A DNA stretch of 63,117 nt, counting the filler, from Klebsormidium nitens (Eukaryota > Plantae > Klebsormidiophyceae), in NCBI GenBank assembly GCA_000708835.1. It is 4 parts of 4 records of this genome, joined end to end, with 100 filler letters (N's around TTAATTAATTAA, not from the genome) between each part and the next. Parts side by side here need not be neighbours in the genome. Positions count along the whole stretch, not along the records: positions 38,849 to 59,682 come from DF237922.1; positions 59,783 to 63,117 come from DF238168.1; 2 more parts are not named here. One strand, 5' to 3'. Shown here piece by piece: positions 48,594 through 61,168 of this stretch. The translations under genes were made by a program, and so were the position numbers. A model generated the notes under the pieces. That model was not told the DNA's origin, searched no databases, and was given only the letters and a program-made list of their open reading frames with translations. Every line of letters starts with the position of its first letter. Positions within the stretch are counted from its first letter, which is position 1.

Positions 48594-50200
48594 GTGGGTT
48601 CTTTGAAGATGATGTCAAGGGAGTTTTCCAAGTACGCTCGCATGTCAAGGTCTTGAGATGTTCGAAGCAGCATGTGTTTCTATCTTGAGTTGCCTTTTTC
48701 AATCTTAATCTTCTTCTGGAAAGATTCTGTACTTTTCTGTCATGCGGTCGTAGAAGTCTCTCTTTACGTAAAGCGCAGTAATTGAACTTCGTGAGTTACT
48801 CTGCATTCCTCTATATGTTCCTTCAGAGTCGCAATTGGAGCTTTGACCTTTCAGTCAGGCAGTTCGAGGAAAGACTCGAGCAAACGTGCATCTTGAATGT
48901 TCCTCTGATTACTTCTTATAATCAGCTCGAAGGGAAGAAACGTTTCCGAACAGACGTGCACTTTGGTTAAGCGCAATTTAAAAGTTAAAAAAGTTATCTT
49001 TTTCCCGGTGTGAACTGTGTCAAGTTGACAGGTCAATTCTACCTCAGTTTTGTTCAATCGAGCTTTGTCCTGCTAATCGCAGTCACTCCAGGCAGATTGG
49101 ACAGGACCTGTGTAATGGAGATTCAGATCAGCGTTGATTTGAGGTGGACTTGCGGGCGGTGTCAAGAACCTTCGGGAGAGCTCTAACCTCAAAAGCTGGG
49201 ATGTCTTTCAGAATACTTGCGGATCGCTTGACGCTTTCATGGAAGCAAGTGGTGCTGACACGTCTCGTGTTTGTTGGCCTCCGAACTGCAGGCGTCCGCT
49301 GACCGTCCACTTCATCAACGAAGACCATCATGCCATGGTCGAAGCGTACCAGCCAGGGCTTCCTGCAAACGTGATTCAAGTGGTTGGGCCCTGGACTGGA
49401 TTTCCGTAAGGAGGTCTACTTGAGAAGTAGTATTTTACACAAGGGTGGACTGTGCTACTCTTGGAACAAGGCTCGGTAACTTGGGACTATGCTTGACCTA
49501 AAATAGCATGGAAAATCATGGCAGCGGAACATCGTTCGTTTCAGCTCATTGAAAGCGGAATGATCCTGCTCGCTGTTGGGCCGAATTGAGTGCCACATTG
49601 GAAATGACTGTAACGGTTTGAACGGTTTCAGCTTGCTCCCACTAATCTGTGTAAGCGTCACTGGCTAATGGGGCCCTCTAGCATATCATATGTCATTTAT
49701 AGTACTATAGCAAACTACAATGTCCGGCCCTGATCATCATGGCATGTTGTACATATATACGTACGGAAGCTAGTTCCGCCGGCTCCAATCTGCCTGCAAT
49801 GCGCGGCCGTCGCCACGTGCCAGTGCCCGGCACGCCGTCAATACATTGACACTGCATGAGGCACGAACTTTGCATCCAACGTACCAGGAATCGGAGTCGC
49901 CGAGGCGTGTCATGTGCATGAATTCGAATAAAGCTCTTGCAACAGGCTCGGGCTTGATCAAAGACGTCATATCTCGTCAAAAATGGCCCAGCCGGAGATC
50001 ATCAATCTGAATCAATTTCGTACATAACATTGCGCATGGAAGAAGCATGATGGCCGGCCGAGTCGAGCAGCTTTCCAATGTTATTGCATATGCATGACGG
50101 GTCAGTAAATTCGAGTTCTGGTAAACTCTAATGCTGGTACATGGATAAATTAAATCATATCATCTGGCAATTCTCTAATGCTTCTTCTCTTCCTCGGCTA

Positions 50201-53200
50201 TCATAAGTCTAGGCAGTGCTGCGCCATAAATTTCCCAAAATCCCGTTCAATCCTAATCTCCTTCACTTCCTCAGTGGCGGTCGCATGCTTTTCCTTGGCT
50301 ACCACTCGGAGCTTTCTAATCTTATACAAGAACTGCCTTATTGAATCCTTGTCTCTCCGTCTCCAACTTTCCAGCTTACTAGCTGCGGTTTCACGACTAG
50401 AACCTTCATGCTTGGCCAGCACGACGACTGCGTCATACAGGACTTTGAGGTCACCTAGACGTCTTCTATCTACTTTGAACTCGTTCCGCCACTTGAGCCT
50501 TCTCATCATCCGCGTCCATCTTGTTTATTGACTTCCTTCCGTCAAGGCCGTCTTCTTCGAACTCTTTCCGCACGTCATTGACAGTCAGCAAGCAAGCGGG
50601 GTCGAGATACTGGAACCTTGGCTGAAGAGGTGGCTCCGATGCCTCATCCTGCTCTCTCGCACTTCCGGAGGGGCCAGCCCCGTCAGCACGGCTCGTTGCT
50701 GGAGTCCCCGCTGTAGTTGGCAGCAGGTCCGGGATTGTGGGCCGCGCTTGATGGTGACCGCAACCTTCGCAAGTGATTGGCTGAACAACGAGCGCCTGGA
50801 TGGTTGACGTCAGCCGTGCGACCAGATCCGTATGCTGAGCGTCGAGTTGCTCCCAAAGCGCCTCGTCGCGCTCGTGCTGGGCACGCGTTTCCTGCTCCTT
50901 CGTTTTGGCAAGAGCCTCCAGAAGACCGCCCAAGCGGTCTTCTTGCGAGCGGATGGCGGCAGCTACCTGCGAACGGACAGCAACATATGTTCAGCGGAAT
51001 TTAAACCTCCAAGGAACCGCATTACGTCAGATCTGTCAGCTTGCTTCGTGACTGCCATGGACGCCACAGAAGTCAGGATGCACTTACAAGCTCAGCTTTT
51101 TTACGTTCTCGCCTTGTCAGACTAAGTTGAGCAGACAATATAGACATGCTGTGAAGGTACACGACCATATTCCTGAACCTACTCGCGAGGCACTGTTTCG
51201 CATGCCGCGCTTTCATTGTTGATTTATCGGCAGGAGCAGAGCATCTTCCCATACGTGAGTTTGATTTTGAAGGTCCTTCTGGAACATCTGAAGCGTTGCA
51301 ATTTGGACCAAGCCTTCAAGTGAGATGACACGTTTTTAGTCCTTTGACAGAATCTTGCATACAAGACGACAGGTCACTTTGAAGAGGACACGTCTCCGGA
51401 CGTTACGTGAGTGCTCATCAGTTTTTTATTCAAAAGAGAGCGCTTACCTCTCTGGGCAGGTGGTAGGTGTCGGTCTCCAGATTGTCGTTGACCCTTTCAC
51501 ACATCTCCAGTACGTCGTCCCGGACCTTCTTCCAGAGAGGATGCTAGAAGACGGGGTCCTGGTAAAAGACCAGGTCTTTCCACTCGTCCCACAGCACCGC
51601 TGCATCTTGCAAGAAGATAATCCGTTCCTTCCCGGGGCGGACAAGGTACGCTTCGGCGGCGATGTCTCTGATGCGGGCTGGTTGCTCGAGATTGCGCTGT
51701 AAAAAAATCGACGATCCTATTAACACGTGTCCGAACGAAGGAGAAAAGTCAGAATGTTTGTTGCCTCGACCCTCTTTCAACCTGCTCCTCGCTTCTGGCT
51801 TCTATCAAGTGCCGATGAGGGGAACAATTCAAAGATGCTCAGGGCGTTTTGTGAAGCTGATCGGGGACCAAGACGATAGTACTCTGTGCTTGGTTGCCCA
51901 GGTGAACCGGACGGTCTTGCTGCTGGGGGCACCCATAAGTGGTTCGGCGAACAGAAATGCTTGTTGGTTCGGGTACTGTGGTGAGGCTTCGGCGATCTGA
52001 TGGACGGAAGTGCTCGGACTCCCCGGGGTCGGCCTGAACACCGGGGTCGTCGGTATACTGAAACGGTCGGGGTAACCGATTGAGGTGTTCGGAGCCCCCC
52101 GGGGAACCGAGCCCCCGGGGTTGTTTAGACGTTCGGGGCGTCAGTTGTCCGTGCCGGTTGGGAAAACCTGAACGAAGGTGCTCCGTTTCCCGGGGGCTAG
52201 TCAGGAAACCGGGGCGAGGCGGGGGCCGAGGTTTCTCCGTTTCAGACAGGAGAATTGAACGGAGGAGCTCATTCCAGTCGGGAAACCCGAACGGAGGGGC
52301 TCGAATCCCCAGGGCTGGGTCGGGGAGTTGATGGGGGGGTTCTCCGTTCTGGTATGGGAAGACCGAACGGAGGGCTCAGTTCCCCGGGGCTAGTCAGGGA
52401 ATTGGGACATTAAAGGTCTACGTTCTGGGAGTCGGGAGAATCAAATGGAGGGGCTCGGTTCCCCGGGGCAGGTCGGGGAACCGGGGCGTTGGATCTCCGG
52501 GCGTTCCGGGCTTCGAATATCGGAACAGCGGTGCTCGGGGCACCTTAGCTGGTTGGAAGGACAGGCGGCCTCGACACGTCTCAACGGGCTCTGATGGTAT
52601 TATATCAGAGCTTGCCTAGCTTACCTTCTTGACGACTACTAGAGCCTCGTCCAACCAGGGAAAGACCAGTTGAAGGAGTTCCTCGGGGGGGTGAACGCGC
52701 GAGCGGGGGATGACGTACGTCTGCATCAGGGGTCGGCGATCCATCCAGTCCTCGGTGAAGCCGGCTTGGATGATGAGGGCTTTGGCGGGCAGGGAGGTCA
52801 AATAGGACATGTCGAACTGAGCGTACGTCCACTGCCCCAGGCCTTGGATTTCCCTCTCTTTGGCTCTGCAAGCTCCACAGAGTCGAGAAGGGTGTAAGAG
52901 AGGTAGCCAAAGTGTTGGACTCTGGATAACGAGGATTGTAAAAGTAACCACTCAAAAGTGGTCTCCTCGTCACGGTCCATGTCGTCTTCAATCGGCTTCA
53001 GGTGCAAAACAAGCGGGAAAATTGACCCTCAGCGAAGACGGTGGTCCTGAGCAAGGTGAGTTTCAGAATGACACCTAACTGTGTGCACATCAACTCAGGG
53101 ACGCAGCGGGGCACAAGGAGGTTTACTGACCCGGCTGCCGCAGCTGCTCTAGCTCTATGCCCACGTCCGGCATGCACCACCTTGTCCGAGGTGATACCGT

Positions 53201-55880
53201 TGGCTTGGAAGGCCTTCTTAAAGTAGTCGTAGTATGTCTGGTAGGTGACTCCCTGACTCCCTTTCTCGCGCTTTCGTTTTGTGGCACGTCCCGGAGCTAC
53301 AGGAGTGTCGTACCTGCAATATAAGCATGCAGAAAGGCTTGTTAATGAAGGAATTGGAAGTCTCATAACAGGCCCGCAGATGCACTGTTTCAAGATGACA
53401 TGCTCGAATACTCTTGGAGACAGAATTTTCTGCGGCAACGAAAAGATGTGAAGCACCTAGCTTATCACAGGGGATAAGCATCATTTGCAAAGTAGTCAAC
53501 GTACCAAGCTCTTCGACTGCTGAAGTCGGGGCACGAGTTCTCAGCCCGGTCTTGCACATGGAACCTGTAGAAGCTACGCATAGCCTCGGCTCCCACGCAA
53601 CAGTTGATCACGTTGCGGTGGCGCATTGCCCCGATGAACTTAGCACGTCCGTTCTAGAAGAGGAAACCCAAAGCTTTGATTTCGAGGGCTTGCAACAAAC
53701 CTTCGAGACCGTGAACAAACTGTTGAGCGGCAGCTTGACCGTGGAAGCGGGCCATGTTCAGGACATATTGGAAAGAGGCTCATAGCAGCTTGCAATTCTG
53801 ATCCGCAGGTCAGGTGTGAAGACACGACTCGTCATAAGAGGTGCGCGCACCTGGTTGGTTTTTTCGTTGCGCGTCACCGTTGCAAATACGTCTGCAACGT
53901 CCGGTCCGACAAACTGGAGACTGTAGGAAAACTGGTCTGGCAGCTGACGGTTTGTAGCGTCTTGTCCGCGACCCAACGCCGAGTTCAACCAGAGGAAGTC
54001 AGTTCTGCGTGAAGAGGACAATCGATGCGATGTGACGTCAGTCAGTGACGTCACAACTTGAGCGCCCTTCAGAAGAGAGAGATGGGTCCGGTTGCCACAA
54101 CGTACAGCAAGGATGAGCGTCGATGCTTGTTCTAATAAAGTGTACTTGCGCAAATCTGATCAACGAACTTGGGGCGTTCAGAAGAAGCGGGACCGCGCGC
54201 TTTTGCTGACGGATCTGGAGGCTGTTATGACAAAGAGAACCGAAAGGTCCTCGGTCTTGGAACCAACAAATGTCTGAGATGCAAAAGGTGGCGTGGCGGG
54301 GACAGATGGATGTCGAAGGAACAACTTAAATGTTCTGTGAGCTAGCAAGGTGAGCTGACAAATAGAGAGTATGATCTTGAGTACATGCCTAAGATGGATA
54401 GTTGTGGATGCTGGCGGCTCCCCTCTTTGTTGACGTCGCGTTGTGCGCAGAAAGTTCAGCCAATACTTGCTCAGTTGCTTGTACTGTTCTGGCGAATATC
54501 CCTGGCTGAGTCCTTTTTGGCGGTCTTGAAACTCCCTGCATGGATAATTGGAGACTACCATATACGTAAGGGTGTCCACCTTGGACAACTGATCGGGCGC
54601 TCTAACTGGTATGGAACTTGTCACCGTGGGAGTCACGTCACAATGTCAGTTCAGCGGCAAGAAATGCGACAAACCTGTGGCTTGTCTCCTATGGCCCTCA
54701 TTTAAATACAACTTTCGTTCTAGACTGAGGGACATACCAGATAGGTCAGAATGGGACTTGATCTGGAAGTGACTCATCACTCTATAAAATAGGCAAGGAA
54801 ACACTACGGTTGGTGCTTAAGAGAAAGGTCTTACTCTTTGGACTGGTTCGCGTCTCTTTCTTTGGCTGCTTTCAAGACATTCTGTACAGCCTTGAGCTTC
54901 CTTAGGTCTTGTACAATTGCGTCCGCACGCCTGGGGTACGTTCGATAAGCCCACTGAAACGCCTTAACGTGACTGTTAAGCCAACTGTGCGACTGCATAA
55001 CAGCAAGACATTGGTGAGGCTTAAAACTATCTCTGCAACATGTCGCCTCATAAGTAAGGCAGATGGCACAACAGATGTGGAGCTAACATAGGCATCTGCC
55101 CCTCGAAGTGTCCAGCGTTGCCGGATGCGCAGGAAGATTTGGAGGCCGGGCAGCGCAAAGCATCTATTGGTTTGACAGTCTATCACGCTTGAGAAAGCAC
55201 CAGTCACAATAGAGTTCAGAGTGACTTGTAGCTCACTCTTTTTTTCTTCGCCAATACGAACTTGCCCACTCCTGACAAGGTGACGGCGGGGACCCGTCCT
55301 CCCGTACGCTTGCCCCACCACTTTTGCAAACGGTTGCGTAAAGGAATTATTATGAGAAAGTATCAAGCAGGGTAAGCCTGGGGTAAATTGAACAACTACA
55401 GATCAGAACTGAAGCCACAAGGTTGACATCGGCCACAAGGTTGACACCATGTTGAAAGTTCGACCGTGGATAGAGACGAGGATATCAGTAGACTTTTCGG
55501 GTTTGTGCGGATCTGCCTTGACTGCGGCTTGGCTGGATAGAGCTATGAGCAGAACATACCTTGCTTTCTAAAGTGGCCCCCAACAGCAGATTGTTCAAAG
55601 TATCTTACTCTATAGTAGCGCGTGCCCCCTCCGTAGGATTTCTGCGTTGCACCCTTCTGCAAGTTGGCGTATGCTGTCTCAATTGCTCGAGACTGTTGCT
55701 CAGTCTCATCTTCTGGGTCACTGCCTTCGACATCACTGATTGGGTCATCATCGTCAGACCTTGCGCCACGCGGCGCCTCATCGTCATTAGCGTCCTCTTC
55801 CTCAGCAGCACGGCGCGCCTCTTCAGCTTCTTCCTCTTTCATTATTTGAACCTCCTCATCATCAGAGTCGGCACAGCGGG
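50201..55880 (-). mobile_element. CryptonF-type DNA transposon gene (YR + NDC10-II + GCR1_C), multi-exon and decayed
   Basis: Recognised segments: GATQKSY, DRQKGLSQGYS, RTDFLW...GRGQDATNRQL...KTNQ, GAMRHRNV..CCVGA, KAFQANGITSDKVVHAGR, LGQW...SYLTSLP...AGF...YVIPR..V.PPEELLQLVFPWL, IIFLQDAAVL...DPVF and the GCR1_C-like TVNDV.KEF..G.DG.KSI...WR...AASKLE. Confidence 0.9.
52010..52500. repeat. GC-rich degenerate tandem repeat inside a Crypton intron
   Basis: The unit GGGAA.ACC.GAACGGAGG.GCTC.GTTCCCCGGGG recurs near 52160, 52280, 52357 and 52435. Confidence 0.75.
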
Positions 55881-58800
55881 CAACCTAATCAGCGTGAAGC
55901 CAAAGCAGAGAATTACAAAGCCAGCACATCAATCTTGATTCACGTGCATTTTGATACAGGAAGAACTTTGACTTGAGCGCCACAAGGTCTAGTCAAACCT
56001 CGGTTGCCTGCTTTGGTCTAGGCTACGAGGTGAGCTACTCGTGGCATCTTAAGGTGGGGATTGCTCGAAATGATTGCTCAAAGGAGTCGAACAAGACCAG
56101 ATCAAGAGCAGCGATCAGCAATTGCATGACTGGTGCAACTCCGTGTTTGTTTGGTGTCGGCAAACCACTGAATAATTCTGCTTTGCACATCTGCAAGATT
56201 GAAGAAGGGAGCACTTGAGGAAGACTGCCACAAACCTGGGAAGCTGTGAGAAGACCAACGGGCATAAGCAACACAGCGAGCCCGGCTGGCAGGTTTCCCC
56301 AAAGCTTTTTGCCATGCTGGTGGACTGGATCATGGGCCTTCGAGTGGAAGCTGCATTCTGGGGTGCTATCAATGCTACTTGAAGCTAGCATGGAGGAGCT
56401 ACCTATTGCCCAGTTCCCTGGAGTTCCGGCACCGTCAAAAGCTGCAAGTGCTGCAGTTGCTGCGATGTCATAGAGCTCTGGCTGTGACTGCTCAGAGAGA
56501 ATCGTTCAAACCAATCCGAGAAAGCAAGCACCACCCTGATGGGTTGCTCTCAAAGTTCTCACACCAGCTTCAGAAGAATTGTTGGAGCACCTCCAGATGG
56601 CACTGGGGAGAGGAAGCTTACTAAAAACACTGTTAGCGAGTCTACTTGTCAGTTCTCTGGCACGCCAGACTGCAGAGAAGCGTGCTGCCATTGCTGATCC
56701 CTCAGACCAATAAATCAGGCCAACATAAGCGAGCTGACAACAAGATTGATGCACCCTCTCAGCCTTTTTCCTGTACTTGGCCTCAGACAGGTATTCGCAC
56801 TTCAGTTCTGCCCCCCTTCTTAGAGATCTCATCACAACGTCACCAAAGGCCTGACATCCTCCTGAGGCGGGGATAAGCTCAGTGCTTGCTGGCCCCGTTC
56901 CGCAGCTCCCATAAATCCCAAAATGTGCTGATCTGTGCTGCTCTGTGCTTTAGGCTACAACTCCTGAGTGCATTAATGGAGGTGACTGGAATGATAGCAA
57001 GTAAGGAGGCGGCGTCAAATTGGATGTACAGAACATTAGACAATCGGAAGTTACTTCTAAATTCTAATGAGATGAACCGCAAGGTAGCAGCAGTGCAGAG
57101 TCCAGACTTGCATGTATGATCTGCGGCGTTCGTTGCGCCGGGTGGCCGCAAAAATTTGATGACCCAAGGTCGGCGTCCACAAGATAACCTTTCAGTCTGA
57201 CCCGTCAAAAGATCTGGTGGACAGGTAGTATAAATCCGTGACAGGATTGTGGACAGGTATTTTAAATTCAGCGCTAAAAATTTGGCCCACAATTTTGGTA
57301 GACCTAATTCAGCCCTCACCGTGGACGGGTAACTTCTGATTACTTGACTTGGACTCCGGAAAACGTCAGAACAGATTTTGCAAGGCAAATCTTTGGAGGA
57401 CCGTGCAAAGTGTACCACCTAGCAACCTAGATACTACCGACCATGCAGACCGTTCTGATAAGACCGGTCACAGACTTCCGATCGCTTGCCTGCTCACTCT
57501 GCCCCTTCTTCCTGACACACCGGCCACTTTCCGCCGACAACTGATCACCGTGAAGTCTACCGGCGGTACCAGTGCGATCCTGCAAGCCGGTGTGTATAAC
57601 TGTCACATTCAGTGTACTTGTATACATATTGCGTTTCCAGTTTCAAAACCTCGGAAGGAACTTCAATTTCCTCGAGGAGCTTCTGCTAATATCCGCTGAA
57701 CAACCACGGAATCCGAGCCAAAAGCAGCACTCAAACCGTGGATTTCGTTTATTTTGCGCCACTTTCTGCACAAAATTGCTGAGGTACGGCAGATCGGCAA
57801 TTTAATAGGGATGTTTAAACTCGTGTATTTTATTTCGTCGGCGCAGAAAGTTCAAAGATGGAAAAATCACGCGGGGTCTAGACTCCAGAGTCCAGATCCT
57901 GAGGGCCATAGAGTCAGACCAGACCTGGGACTTGGCCCGAGTGCTCTGAACTTTGAAGTCTGTAGTCCAGCAGACTTGTGACTCAAGTCTTTGGATCGCG
58001 ACTCGCGACTCGTGACTGGCTCGCCGCTCTGAAGGTACCGGAGGCTGAAGTAGGGTACCTACGTGAGATTAGAACCCTAACCTAAGCGAGCCGGCATGCA
58101 TCCAACCGCCTTGTAGATTCAAATTTCACTAAGTGTCGCGCGCGCGGTACTTTTCAGTACCCCCGGTTCGACCGTCCAGATGACGTCCACAGCCACGTCC
58201 ACAGTANNNNNNNNNNNNNNNNNNNNNNNNNNNNNNNNNNNNNNNNNNNNNNNNNNNNNNNNNNNNNNNNNNNNNNNNNNNNNNNNNNNNNNNNNNNNNN
58301 NNNNNNNNNNNNNNNNNNNNNNNNNNNNNNNNNNNNNNNNNNNNNNNNNNNNNNNNNNNNNNNNNNNNNNNNNNNNNNNNNNNNNNNNNNNNNNNNNNNN
58401 NNNNNNNNNNNNNNNNNNNNNNNNNNNNNNNNNNNNNNNNNNNNNNNNNNNNNNNNNNNNNNNNNNNNNNNNNNNNNNNNNNNNNNNNNNNNNNNNNNNN
58501 NNNNNNNNNNNNNNNNNNNNNNNNNNNNNNNNNNNNNNNNNNNNNNNNNNNNNNNNNNNNNNNNNNNNNNNNNNNNNNNNNNNNNNNNNNNNNNNNNNNN
58601 NNNNNNNNNNNNNNNNNNNNNNNNNNNNNNNNNNNNNNNNNNNNNNNNNNNNNNNNNNNNNNNNNNNNNNNNNNNNNNNNNNNNNNNNNNNNNNNNNNNN
58701 NNNNNNNNNNNNNNNNNNNNNNNNNNNNNNNNNNNNNNNNNNNNNNNNNNNNNNNNNNNNNNNNNNNNNNNNNNNNNNNNNNNNNNNNNNNNNNNNNNNN

Positions 58801-59062
58801 NNNNNNNNNNNNNNNNNNNNNNNNNNNNNNNNNNNNNNNNNNNNNNNNNNNNNNNNNNNNNNNNNNNNNNNNNNNNNNNNNNNNNNNNNNNNNNNNNNNN
58901 NNNNNNNNNNNNNNNNGGCCCACCCCCTACTTTTAGTTCCGTTTTCAGTACTTTTCAGTACGTTGTGTACTTGATTTGGATTTTGAGCATTTTTGTCGAC
59001 GGTGCATGGAGATTTTCGACATTGTTATTGTCGAAACCCCGATAGGGAAGCTTATAGGTTTC

Positions 59063-59277
59063 TTATCGGATCGGCGTGACTTTCCGATAAGCAAAGTACC
59101 GATAAGGAGTTATCGGAAAGTTGCCCAAGTTTTGCGCCGATCCGATAAGGTTATCGGAAAGGTAAAGTCATAACTTTCCGATAAGGGCCAGAATTCCTTA
59201 TCGGATCGGCGTGACTTTCCGATAAGCAAAGTGCCGATAAGGAGTTATCGGAAAGTTAAACTTTACCTTTCCGATAA
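59063..59277. repeat. Array of 12 CCGATAA/TTATCGG heptamers with nested inverted and direct repeats
   Basis: Heptamers at 59063, 59084, 59099, 59110, 59142, 59151, 59178, 59198, 59219, 59234, 59245 and 59271. A 61-bp direct repeat has a 135-bp period, and there are two 11-bp-stem hairpins. Confidence 0.9.
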
Positions 59278-60076
59278 GAAGCTTTTTGGAAAGGCAAAAG
59301 TCGGCGGGTGCGAATCGCCCCTAAGCCCAGGCTGTCCACTCTACCTAAGGTACTCATACGGTACCCTAATTCTCAATGCAGTGTGCACAGGTTTTTCGGC
59401 GGCTGAGGGGGATTTGTACCATCATCATGCAGATTATGTTCGTCACAACCCTAATAATATCGAGCCTTTGCGGAGAACAGTGACAAATTCATGCAGTGCC
59501 GTGATTTCGGGGTCACGCAAGCAAGGTCTTATATATGCGTCTTATATATGTCACACATGGTGTATCGAAATCGAAATCGATGAATCATATAGACTGACAT
59601 GTATATATGTAACGCATGTAACGCTTTCGACAAATTGCATCGAAGCTGTCTCGCGATGGTTCACGACAGGCAAGAACATAGGNNNNNNNNNNNNNNNNNN
59701 NNNNNNNNNNNNNNNNNNNNNNNNNNTTAATTAATTAANNNNNNNNNNNNNNNNNNNNNNNNNNNNNNNNNNNNNNNNNNNNTTTTTTGGCGCAGCACAG
59801 TGGTAGTGCGGCCAATCGTTACAGGTGCATTTCAACCGGTCGTGTTTCCATCTGACGTCTTTGAATTCTAGAATCGAATCAAGCGGGCAGATTCGAAAGC
59901 CATTGCAGGTGGTAACGGCAAAGTTTGCTTAAGAACATACATCAGATTCAGGCTGTTCATTCTAGGAAGCCAAGATTTCTTGAACATGATTCCCTAGGAG
60001 ACGCATCTAAAGGAGCTTCGTTCGTTCAAGATTCCAGAATTATTTTGGATTGCTTAGGATATACAGTTGCATACTA

Positions 60077-61148
60077 ATGGACTTAGAAGCATCCGTTCAA
60101 TCGAGCTCCGAATCCATCTCAAATGAACGAGACGATAAGGAAAGTGTGCGAACGATAGCATCAGGCGAGACGGCTTTGCGCACCTTATTTCAAGACGGAA
60201 GGGCTGAGATCACGATTGTACAGTATCTTAACAGTCTTCGGATCACCTATCAGTTGCTTACTGGCAAGAACGTTTTGCCTTCTACGTTGGATTGGATCAA
60301 ATCCACTGATAGCATACTGGAAAAGCTCAGTGAAAAATAATGAGAATGCAGGTACATTGTGTAACAAGCTGACCCCTTTGATGGTTGTGGCTCACAAGCA
60401 GGGTTGGGAGGACACTCATAAGAAGTATTTCGATAGCTTTTCCAAGAAGAAGGTGGCTCAAATGAAGAAGGCCGAAGGACAGAAGGCGACCGTGAAAGAA
60501 GCTGTGAACTGGATCACCATGGACGAGCTCAAAAGCAAAGCGGAAGAGCTTAACAGGCAGATAAGGAGGAGCATCATGCCAAACCATAAAAGTAATGGTG
60601 GATCAAAGCTGAGCAGAGATGAAGTAAAAGTTGTGTATCAGCATCTCTTGATAGCCTTCAATACACTCGAGCCCCCTAAGAGAAGGGATCTCAGCGGTCT
60701 CCCTCTCCAGAAAGCGGACGGAAGCTTCTTTTGCGAAGAAGCCAGGGCAGCATATAAGGATACTGGAAATTGCCTTCGTGAAAGCACAGATGGCGATTTC
60801 GTGCTTGTACTGAAGACCTATAAAACAAGCCGGCGCTACGAAACACGCGAGTTTCAGCTCAGCCAGAGACTCAGCAACTACATCAAAAGATCCATCGAGC
60901 TCGTTCCTCGAGGTTTTTGTCTGTCTCGGTTGGGGGATACAACAGAAGCCATGAGCGATAACTACCTTACCAAATTCACTGGGTCGATAACGTTCCCTTC
61001 AGGGAAGCGTTTGAACCAAAACCACCTTAGACACCTTTACATCAGCGAACAATTTGCGAACGATCATTCAATTGCTGAGAGGAAGCAATTAGCAGAGAGG
61101 ATGTTGCACGACTGGGGGACAGCAATGGTTACATACGAGAGAAAGTGA
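60077..61148 (+). CDS. Tyrosine recombinase (OLV11-like), copy 2, with a single-base frameshift near 60338
   Basis: Removing one A in GAAAAATAATGAG gives LSEKYENAGTLCNKLTPLM, compared with LEKKYPNKGSLCNKYTPLM in copy 1. Motifs EPPKRRD, LKTYKT, NHLRH, RMLHD and TYERK are intact. Confidence 0.92.
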
Positions 61149-61168
61149 TAAGTGCAGAGTTGAAGTTG

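Noticed and set aside
55970-57420. Several medium minus-strand ORFs upstream of the Crypton gene
   Set aside because: No recognisable domain and no consistent splice model; they could be Crypton 5' exons or a decayed host gene.
58129-58974. 264-aa ORFs on both strands
   Set aside because: They consist almost entirely of Ns (gap 58207-58917).
59789-59850. tRNA-like GCACAGTGGTAGTGC D-arm near YR copy 2, as a possible attachment site
   Set aside because: No anticodon stem, T-arm or acceptor pairing can be built, so it is too weak to call.
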